Below, piece by piece: positions 56,884-64,000 of a stretch of 64,000 nt of DNA (the first letter of the stretch is position 1; each line of letters starts with the position of its first letter). The DNA comes from Minisyncoccota bacterium. GTDB taxonomy: Bacteria; Patescibacteriota; Minisyncoccia; Phycocordibacterales; UBA2100. Both the position numbers and the translations under genes were made by a program. The notes below the pieces were generated by a model. That model ran no database searches, was not told where the DNA came from, and worked only from the letters and a program-made list of their open reading frames with translations. The DNA lies in NCBI GenBank assembly GCA_965267345.1, contig OZ253947.1, positions 573,043 to 637,042 of the forward strand, in the 5' to 3' direction.

Positions 56884-57546
56884 CTACCGCTGGCGAGATA
56901 CCTCACTCGCCATCTGCGGCTTCTCCTGCTCTCCCGGGTTAAAGATCTTGTAGAGTAACTCAACGACCTCTTCGGTGTCGAGCTGTACGGTACGTACACC
57001 GGTACGCACCAATCCTTGCTGCACAATTGAGATACGCTGGTCGAGCTGTGAGACGTTTTCTTCGAACGTTGACTGATCGGTCGTGTCGCCCTCTTTGCCG
57101 CCGCCGACAAACGGAATGTTGCTCAAAATCCCTTTGTTGATTGCCAGTGGTGCAGGATCATACGGCACGACGACGAAAAAGTGTTTCGTCATGATGTTTG
57201 CGCCCTCAACGAAGCTGCGAATGAAGTCGATATACTCGCGAATTTGGATACGCATAAGGTCGTCCATGGTGTTTTTGTAGGCATCTTCGAGTGTCGCCAA
57301 ATAGGGACGAATATCAAGATCGCGTGACTGGATGTAGATCTGCACCGAGAAATCGAGTGAGTTAAAGAAGTTTTGGAATTGCACGATAAATGCGCTCTGC
57401 TCATCGTCACTTTTAAGGGCGAAGTTGAGTGATGACGCCATCAGTACGGCGCGCAAGCCACCGTCGCGAAGCATAACGACACCGTCGCGCACCTCTTTCA
57501 CAGGAACGAAATCTTGTGATGCTTGTGATGTAGTTTTGTTTGGCAT
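56884..57546 (-). CDS. stand-alone protein resembling the N-terminal domain of VirB4-family ATPases
   Basis: ..DFVPVKEVRDGVVMLRDGGLRAVLMASSLNFALKSDDEQ.. and ..SLDFSVQIYIQSRDLD.. parallel ..INLDKVFDVSIFVHPMD.. in the adjacent VirB4. No ATPase motifs. Confidence 0.45.
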   Translation of the reverse strand: MPNKTTSQASQDFVPVKEVRDGVVMLRDGGLRAVLMASSLNFALKSDDEQSAFIVQFQNFFNSLDFSVQIYIQSRDLDIRPYLATLEDAYKNTMDDLMRIQIREYIDFIRSFVEGANIMTKHFFVVVPYDPAPLAINKGILSNIPFVGGGKEGDTTDQSTFEENVSQLDQRISIVQQGLVRTGVRTVQLDTEEVVELLYKIFNPGEQEKPQMASEVSRQR

Positions 57547-57551
57547 ATTAC

Positions 57552-58004
57552 TTACGAGCGAGATGTGGCGTCAATGGTAGTCTCCGGCTGGCTGAGGCGA
57601 AGGCGTTCATTAATGTCGAGGCTCCACGCGAGTTCCTTCAGTTTATTCTCCGAGAGCGACGGAACGGGCACCTGACTCTCGGGCTGCACTTCGGCCTTTG
57701 TGGTGCGCTGCTGCTGTTTTTCCTGACGGTGGGCGTCCCAGAGGTAGAGTTTGCTGTGTACAAAGTACATGACACCCGCTTCCACCATTTCAATGAATGG
57801 CTTCTTGTTTATTTTAACAAATGCCAGCGCAACTGAGAGGCCCACTACTGCTGCGGCAATGGGGAGTGCGACAATGATCGGAAGTGCGCGCCAGATGAGA
57901 AATGCAAGACCGGCGCCACCCGCAAGGTAGACAAATTGTTTGAGCGTGAGCGGACCAAAAATCCGATCTTCCACTTCAATAAATTGCGGTACTTGGTACT
58001 GCAT
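57552..58004 (-). CDS. PrgI/VirB3-like small membrane protein
   Basis: N-terminus MQYQVPQFIEVEDRIFGPLTLKQFVYLAGG.. followed by two TM helices, the PrgI-family pattern. Confidence 0.6.
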   Translation of the reverse strand: MQYQVPQFIEVEDRIFGPLTLKQFVYLAGGAGLAFLIWRALPIIVALPIAAAVVGLSVALAFVKINKKPFIEMVEAGVMYFVHSKLYLWDAHRQEKQQQRTTKAEVQPESQVPVPSLSENKLKELAWSLDINERLRLSQPETTIDATSRS

Positions 58005-58030
58005 ACTGCTTTCATACTACCACGCCCACC

Positions 58031-58534
58031 CTACTCAATTGATTCACGATACGGGTCATCCTGTACATCGCGTCGCTCGAGACTGCTCTCGCCGGAGCGA
58101 TACGCTAAGCTATCAGTCGGGCGCTGCTTTTGTTCGGTGGTCGTCTGCTCAACGGCGGCTGCCTCCTCGTGTTCAGCGTGTGCATCACGGCCGCTTTGGG
58201 TAAGTTCGCGCTGCATCTGTTCGCGAATAGGTTCAAAGACTTCGTCAACGATGTCGTTAACGATTGTTTGTGCCAGTTTTTTGTCGATAGAGAGCTCACG
58301 AGCGATATTGCTCGTCATCTCTTCCGGCTCAGCAATGCCGAGTAATACGAGCAGAATCTCATTTTCAAGCAGTACCCACTGATCGAGATGAAGCTTGTGC
58401 TTCTCGGCAAGAGCGCGCATGTGCTTTGAAATATCGGCATCTTCAATTGCGCGCTGGAGTGCTACAGGAAGCGCTGCGAAGCGCTCTTCAAGTATGGTGC
58501 TGCTGTTATTCTCGGTTTGTGTGTCTTTAGGCAT
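58031..58534 (-). CDS. hypothetical cytoplasmic protein in the T4SS-like cluster
   Basis: Start set at MPKDTQTENN, 1 nt after the VirB6-like stop. The track ORF overlapped the upstream gene by 170 nt. Confidence 0.4.
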   Translation of the reverse strand: MPKDTQTENNSSTILEERFAALPVALQRAIEDADISKHMRALAEKHKLHLDQWVLLENEILLVLLGIAEPEEMTSNIARELSIDKKLAQTIVNDIVDEVFEPIREQMQRELTQSGRDAHAEHEEAAAVEQTTTEQKQRPTDSLAYRSGESSLERRDVQDDPYRESIE

Positions 58535-58535
58535 A

Positions 58536-61016
58536 CTACTCGCTTGTGTCACTTCCCTTTTGGATTCTATCGAGGCGTTTTTTAATATCTTCGAGACTCT
58601 CACTTGTTGCATCAGTATCTTTTTCCTTTGCAAGTTTAGCAGCGACAGCCTTACGCATACTCCTTGAAGGACCACCGAAGAATCCTCCCTTTTCCTTGTA
58701 TTCATTGAGCGCTTGTTGGCGTGCTAGTTTTTTGTATTCTTCACGGTGTTGCGCTTTCTCTTCGGGTGTTTCTGTTTTTTGATGCTGTTCTTGACTACTC
58801 AGTGCTTCGTCTGCCATCTCTTGAGTCATTCGGTCTGAGGTACCTGCAAACGCCTCTTGCTCTTTTTGTGTTAATCCCTTTTGTACAGCAGCAGCCTGTT
58901 GTGCAATTGCGTCGTCTTCGCCTGCAATGTCATTGCGTTTACCCTGCCCTGTGGTGTCTTTTGGCGCAGGTGGCGCTTGTGGTGTTTCTGGCGCACGCAC
59001 ATCACCAGATGGTACATCTTGAGTTGGCGCTGCTGCGCCCGCGCCGCTTGCTGCAGGCTGTGCGTCGGTATCACGCTTCTGTGCACCTTCAAGTTCAGCG
59101 TTAATTTCATCTAACCGCGCGCTCTTTTCGAGTCGCTCCTCATCAGACAATGCACTCGCGTTCGGGCTGCTCGTTTCTTGTTCGAGCCGTGCGCGTTCTC
59201 TCTCGAGTGCGGCAATGTCCGTATCAGTTAGTGGATTGCGTGCGGATGGCACACCCTGTGCTCCTGATGCTTCTCGTTTCGCGCGTTCCGCAAGGCGGTC
59301 TATCTCGTTCCCTTTACCGCCTATCTCGTTTGCTTGTTTGCGCGCCGCGTTTTCTCGTTCATCATTTTCCGTCCCCTGTTGCGTTGCGGCGTCCACCTGC
59401 GGTTCGGTAATTCGGACAGACGGTGCTTTTGTGTCGCGCTTCTCACGTGCTGCCTCATCAGGCGTTGTTTCAGACGGCATACGCTGCGGCTGCGCAAGGC
59501 CCTGCTCGCGTTCTTTTTCTCTGCGGTCGTAGTCGCTCATAAGTTCCTCAAAGCGAGTGTCTACAGGCTTTCGGGCGTAATCGGCTTCCGTTTTGATGCT
59601 TGCATCGTAACTTGGTTTTTGCTCAGGTTGCTTTATACCCAGATTCTTACCAAGCTTCGTGGTGCGAGCATCAAATGAATAACGGGAAAGATTGTTGCCA
59701 AGTCGTAGTTTTGCACGAGTGGCGATACTGTCCTGTCCCGACGCAATCTTTTCATTCGCTTCGCGGCTCCACTTCACTCCACGACCACCTAGTGTACGTC
59801 GGCCAGCCCAGCCGCCCAGCGCGGCAAAGGCGCCGAACGGTGAAACACCCCACCCGAGCGACTTTCTCGACAGATCAGTGGCAAATTTGGCACCAAACAG
59901 TGACAGCGAACTGGCGATCTGCAAAGACGCATAAAACAAACCAACCACGATGAGCGCGACCATAAGAGGTTCCCATGAGCCAATGCCTAGGGAGTCGCTG
60001 CTGGTCTCAATTACTCTCGCAATATCACCGTCAGAGAGCGTATTTGCAATATTCGAGGAAGCCCATAGGAGGAGCATAAAGACGGGTGCAAATAGCGCAT
60101 TTTTAATCAACGCGCTCCACCACTGTCCCCACCACTGTCCACCCTGTTTCGGTACGAGGTATGCGGCAAATGCCAGTGCCGAGAGTACCATCAACAGTAA
60201 AAAGACAATAGCGCGCGACAGCAGCAGTATGGTGCCGAGGAGGAATACTGCAATAAGAAGTGCGTAGAATGTCATCATAATCAGCCCGTACATAAGCACT
60301 CCTTGGATGTCACTGATGCCAGTGAGGGCATCTTGGGCACCGGTAAACCCTACTCGACCAAGTCCTGATTTTTGCAGGAAGCCCTCGGCAATAGCGATGC
60401 GACCATCACTGTCTGAGAGGTTAATTGCTTGCACAAATTGCGTTGCCGTGGCATTGGATACGTCAATAATTGCTTGCGTGAAAAACAGACTAAAGTTAAT
60501 GAGCAACGCAATGAGTACGAGGCGGATAACGAGCTGCTTAATGCCGTAGCTTTGAATGTTGAGAATAACGAGAAAGGCAATAAACACGAACAGCGCAATC
60601 ATTACGATGTTCGCGATATCACGAAACCCTTCCCATGCCGTATCGATACCACCTTGGACCGCGCCAAGTAATTCAGGGTTACCAAAATTCACGACAGTGT
60701 AGTACACAGCGTAGTCAAAACCTTCGGCAATCACCAGCATAATGTTGCCAAACATACCTGAAAGAAGGATGACGATAGTTTTTAAGGCGCCGGTTATTAG
60801 TTCGTAAAGCCCTCCACCGAAATAATTTAAAGCTTTTTCGATTATACTGGCATCCTGATCAGTGGTTTCTGCCTGAGTTTGTGCGTGTGCAAAAGCGGGG
60901 GCAACTGCCGTCTCGCTCACGGTTAGTGGCGCAAACACAGCAGGCATAAGCAGTAGCACCATCATCACACCCGCTCCGATGCGTCGCCACCACGTATGTG
61001 TCACAAAATGCGCCAT
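58536..61016 (-). CDS. VirB6/TrbL-like polytopic membrane protein with long charged C-terminal tail
   Basis: Signal/TM start, about 8 TM helices in the first roughly 400 aa, then a roughly 400-aa E/K/R/Q-rich coiled-coil-like region. Confidence 0.55.
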   Translation of the reverse strand: MAHFVTHTWWRRIGAGVMMVLLLMPAVFAPLTVSETAVAPAFAHAQTQAETTDQDASIIEKALNYFGGGLYELITGALKTIVILLSGMFGNIMLVIAEGFDYAVYYTVVNFGNPELLGAVQGGIDTAWEGFRDIANIVMIALFVFIAFLVILNIQSYGIKQLVIRLVLIALLINFSLFFTQAIIDVSNATATQFVQAINLSDSDGRIAIAEGFLQKSGLGRVGFTGAQDALTGISDIQGVLMYGLIMMTFYALLIAVFLLGTILLLSRAIVFLLLMVLSALAFAAYLVPKQGGQWWGQWWSALIKNALFAPVFMLLLWASSNIANTLSDGDIARVIETSSDSLGIGSWEPLMVALIVVGLFYASLQIASSLSLFGAKFATDLSRKSLGWGVSPFGAFAALGGWAGRRTLGGRGVKWSREANEKIASGQDSIATRAKLRLGNNLSRYSFDARTTKLGKNLGIKQPEQKPSYDASIKTEADYARKPVDTRFEELMSDYDRREKEREQGLAQPQRMPSETTPDEAAREKRDTKAPSVRITEPQVDAATQQGTENDERENAARKQANEIGGKGNEIDRLAERAKREASGAQGVPSARNPLTDTDIAALERERARLEQETSSPNASALSDEERLEKSARLDEINAELEGAQKRDTDAQPAASGAGAAAPTQDVPSGDVRAPETPQAPPAPKDTTGQGKRNDIAGEDDAIAQQAAAVQKGLTQKEQEAFAGTSDRMTQEMADEALSSQEQHQKTETPEEKAQHREEYKKLARQQALNEYKEKGGFFGGPSRSMRKAVAAKLAKEKDTDATSESLEDIKKRLDRIQKGSDTSE

Positions 61017-61019
61017 AGG

Positions 61020-63086
61020 CTATGAGGTAGGGGTTGCTACCGGTTTACACCACCCCGCTTCCCAACTTTCGCGCGTGTCCTCAAGCAGTTGTTCAGTGGC
61101 GCCTTCGAGTTCGGCCGCCTGCGTTTTTGCCTGACGCAATTGCGTGTCAGTGTGAATGAGGCGTGCACTGACGAGCGAATCAACTTGCTCGAGCAAATAG
61201 CGCTGCGCACTGCTAGACGTCGTGTTTGCCAGCGTGGTGCGAATGAGCTGTAATGCTTGGAGTGCACGGTCTGAGGTTGTTGTATTTTGCGCTATAAGTT
61301 CAATCCCAGGGGTAATGTTTTGTGCGATTATGGCGTCGGAGCGGTTTGTCGAGCGGGTGACGGTACGCTCGGCGCTGTAGGAGTTGTATGAGCCACTCAC
61401 CGTGATAGGCGGCAGTACCGATGCGGGGGTGAGTGTGACGCCGCCCGCACTCGTCTTCTTTTGTGCACTGATGGTTACGGGGTTGACGGTGCCACTGGTG
61501 TTGCGTATTTCTTGTGCAGAAAAGGTTACGGTGCCATCACCGAGATTGGCGAGTGTGATTGACGGTGTCGCCCACATCCCACTGGCAGCAAGTGTGGCCT
61601 CGACAGGATTGAGTTCGGTTTCGTCTCCTGAAAGCGTCACAGTGACGCGCGAGTCAGTGCGGGTTGCCTGTCCTTCAACAACCACGCTCGTTGCACCGGC
61701 ACTATAGTAGCCGAGTTCATCTTCAGGCAATCGCTCGGTGACGACAATTGAGATGTTACACGACGTGTTGGCGTCGTCGTCTGACTGCGTGTTGCATGCC
61801 TGCGCACGAATTTCATTACGCACGGCCGTTTTTGCTTCTTCAACTTTTTGGCTCCAACAGGTACGCTCCCATGACTGCAGCTGACGGCGGGCTTGTTGGA
61901 GGGTGGCAAGTGCTGAGTCCCACGTGTTGCTGTACTCTTCCTCGATACTCAGTGCGTTGTTGAGTGTTTGTGATGCCACACCCGTCATCGCGCCGCGTGT
62001 GCGCGAGGCGGTGTCCTGCGCCAAGCGGTCGATGTATGGCGCTTGGCCGTTGATGGCGCGCGACAAACCACTGAAGCCTTCTTGGCCGGCGAGCGCTTCG
62101 GTGCCGATATTCGCCATGAGTGTTGAAATGATCTCATCAATCTCATCGGCGCTCTCCGCCTGACGGAGGCCGGTACCGACGGTCTGGCTCAGTTGTGCCG
62201 CAATGAGGTAGCCCGGAGTTGAAATGCGACTCAAGCGTACCGTTTCGCCGTTACCAACATCAATGTCCTGTGTAGTTTCCAGTGAACGAAAGCCGTTACC
62301 CCACTGCAGTTGCGTGAGCTCCTCTTGCTGCGCGTTGCTAATTGATTGGCGTAAATAGTTTTCCGCAGTGCTGTACGCAAAGAGCGGGTTACATGCCGGC
62401 TCTGTCAGGAATGCCTGATACGCGCGCATGTACCGTTCACCACTGAGCGCACCTTGTGAAAATGCCTCAAGCTCGCTGTCGGGGAGGCTACAACGCAGGA
62501 CATGTTCCGGCGAGCGCGTCTGTTGTGAGTATGACTTAGCGAGGCTCACGCGCACATCACGACGGAACGGTCCGGGAAGGACGTCAGTTTCTGCACCGGT
62601 GATGATGCGCTCAGCTGTCGGGTCTGAAATACGCTCAAGCAAATGGAGGTTCGTATCTTCAACGTACGTCGGGTTACCGTTAAAGCCGGTATTTGCCCAG
62701 CGTACGGTGCTGCGAATCAGCGAGGAGACGAGCGTTTGGCGCATGTTGGTGTAGACACCGTCGAGCAAGCACTCTTTGTAGGTCAGCAGGCGGGTTTGGT
62801 CGAAGCTGGCATTATCAAATGTCGGCACGTGTGCACCACTCGGACCCTGCGCGCCGACAGCGCCGTACGCTGAACCCGTACAACCATACACACCGTCGCG
62901 GGAGAATCCGGAAACCTGCTGCGCTGTTGAGGTTGCATTTTCGAGGTTGCGCACATTCTGGATGACTTCCTCAAACGGATTCTCAGTAGCTTCCGCATCG
63001 TCGGTGTTCGTTTGCGCAGCAGCTGTCGCCGGCAGCACCATGCTACAGGTTACAAGGAGCGTGAGTATGTAAATGTGCAGACGCAT
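61020..63086 (-). CDS. large secreted hypothetical protein
   Basis: 688 aa with a signal peptide and Thr/Ser-rich C-terminal region. First-but-one gene of the cluster. Confidence 0.5.
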   Translation of the reverse strand: MRLHIYILTLLVTCSMVLPATAAAQTNTDDAEATENPFEEVIQNVRNLENATSTAQQVSGFSRDGVYGCTGSAYGAVGAQGPSGAHVPTFDNASFDQTRLLTYKECLLDGVYTNMRQTLVSSLIRSTVRWANTGFNGNPTYVEDTNLHLLERISDPTAERIITGAETDVLPGPFRRDVRVSLAKSYSQQTRSPEHVLRCSLPDSELEAFSQGALSGERYMRAYQAFLTEPACNPLFAYSTAENYLRQSISNAQQEELTQLQWGNGFRSLETTQDIDVGNGETVRLSRISTPGYLIAAQLSQTVGTGLRQAESADEIDEIISTLMANIGTEALAGQEGFSGLSRAINGQAPYIDRLAQDTASRTRGAMTGVASQTLNNALSIEEEYSNTWDSALATLQQARRQLQSWERTCWSQKVEEAKTAVRNEIRAQACNTQSDDDANTSCNISIVVTERLPEDELGYYSAGATSVVVEGQATRTDSRVTVTLSGDETELNPVEATLAASGMWATPSITLANLGDGTVTFSAQEIRNTSGTVNPVTISAQKKTSAGGVTLTPASVLPPITVSGSYNSYSAERTVTRSTNRSDAIIAQNITPGIELIAQNTTTSDRALQALQLIRTTLANTTSSSAQRYLLEQVDSLVSARLIHTDTQLRQAKTQAAELEGATEQLLEDTRESWEAGWCKPVATPTS

Positions 63087-63093
63087 GAATCAA

Positions 63094-64000
63094 TTATAAG
63101 CCCTCCTTAAGGGTGAAATAAATGTCGAGTTGGTTATAGGCAGCACGGATCATGTCTTCCTGTTCGATGAATTGGCGTGTTGCCACAAAGGCAAGGAGCG
63201 GATCGTCGGGTGTCTCAGCCATATCCTCGAGCACCGAAGCGAAGCGGACAAAACTGTTGATGACGTCGCGGTGTACTAGTGCCGCATCAGCGGGTACTTC
63301 CATGCGCAGCAAGTTATCGGCGATCGTGCGGTAGGTAGCGCTTGCGGCGCGCAGCTTGGCAAACTCTGCGGCATCATTCTGTTCGATTGCCCGCCCGTAC
63401 GTCGTCAATTCGTACTCGGTTACGTCGGTGATCGGAAGCATGGCCTGCTGCAAGTCGGCTTGGTAGCGTGCGATGCTCTGTGCCGAGACGTCTTCGCGCG
63501 TCGTGATATCAGCGCGCGCGTATGTCTGGACGGTATCACCAACTTGAAATTGAGCGTTTGCTGCTTCGGCAATCACGAAGTTAAACGCATCCTCATCGAA
63601 GGTCCCCTGCTGCTTTGCTTGGATGTACGTGCCAAAAATTTGTCGCGTGAGCTGGTCGGTGCGCGTCAGTGGCGTTGTGGTGCCCGTCTGTCCGTCGGTG
63701 TTGTTTGCGAGCGAGAAGGCAGCGCGCGCATTCTCAACCTCATCACCGTCGGAGATGCCGTCACCATTCGAGTCGGGGTTGTTGGGGTCGGTGCCGATGA
63801 GCGTCTCTTCCCAATCGCGCAGTCCGTCGTTGTCTGAGTCCCGCATGTACTCTTCTGACGCGAGTGCGTTTTCGTAGCTGGTGGGTGTGGCAAGCGGGGT
63901 GTCAGTTGCGTGCGGCGCAAGCACCTGCCACGCACCGACCGCAAGTAATACACCACCAAAAACAAGGGCGGCGATGACCTTACCGCTTCGAATTGGTATG
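63094..64000 (-). CDS. secreted protein with thrombospondin-type-3-like Asp repeats; 5' end runs off the window
   Basis: ..DSDNDGLRDWEETLIGTDPNNPDSNGDGISDGDE... The in-frame upstream sequence to the window edge encodes a hydrophobic signal-like segment with no stop, so the track start (GTG at 63924) is internal. Confidence 0.5.
   Translation of the reverse strand, partial: IPIRSGKVIAALVFGGVLLAVGAWQVLAPHATDTPLATPTSYENALASEEYMRDSDNDGLRDWEETLIGTDPNNPDSNGDGISDGDEVENARAAFSLANNTDGQTGTTTPLTRTDQLTRQIFGTYIQAKQQGTFDEDAFNFVIAEAANAQFQVGDTVQTYARADITTREDVSAQSIARYQADLQQAMLPITDVTEYELTTYGRAIEQNDAAEFAKLRAASATYRTIADNLLRMEVPADAALVHRDVINSFVRFASVLEDMAETPDDPLLAFVATRQFIEQEDMIRAAYNQLDIYFTLKEGL

Noticed and set aside
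1-64000. Alternative genetic code (UGA recoding), as in some small-genome lineages
   Set aside because: Long housekeeping ORFs (dnaA, polA, PBP, virB4) are intact under the standard code, and TGA is used as a terminator (for example secreted protein C ends in TGA).
51453-64000. Integrase, transposase or relaxase marking the T4SS-like cluster as an ICE or IS-bounded element
   Set aside because: No ORF in the window has tyrosine or serine recombinase, DDE transposase or relaxase motifs. The mobility question is left open and flagged in the findings.

Overview
This is a 64-kb bacterial chromosomal window of moderately high GC that uses the standard genetic code (long ORFs are intact and TGA, TAA and TAG all terminate). 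It contains the replication origin: dnaN and dnaA sit on the minus strand, flanked by DnaA-box clusters and an AT-rich unwinding element, with rpmH-rnpA-yidC-jag diverging on the plus strand. Left of the origin nearly every gene is on the minus strand, co-directional with replication. Identified genes there include glyA, rplK-nusG-secE, rplS, rpsT, uppS, ruvX, ruvA-murE, polA-holA, tsaE, ruvB, yebC-ruvC, tyrS, a class A PBP and an ECF sigma/anti-sigma pair. Type IV pilus genes are scattered: pilM-pilN-pilO, a leaderless type IV pilin and pilB. There are seven tRNAs (His, Leu, Val, Arg-TCT, Ser, Arg-GCG, Lys) and many perfect-stem intrinsic terminators. Immediately right of the origin (51.4 kb to the window edge) every gene switches to the minus strand. 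These form a type IV secretion-like cluster: VirB4 ATPase, PrgI/VirB3-like protein, VirB6-like polytopic protein, a VirB2-like pilin candidate and several large secreted proteins. No relaxase or coupling protein is in the window. A second accessory-looking island (35.7-39.5 kb) encodes three small secreted Cys-containing proteins, two SAM methyltransferases and a DUF1399-like protein. It is bracketed by two copies of a hairpin element whose loop is inverted between copies. A locus of large Cys-rich or Ser/Thr-rich secreted proteins lies at 21-27 kb. The compact gene set, split ruv genes, lack of a pilus secretin, leaderless mRNAs and T4SS plus type IV pili together suggest a small-genome monoderm-like lineage such as Patescibacteria/Saccharibacteria. 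This taxonomic call is inference only.
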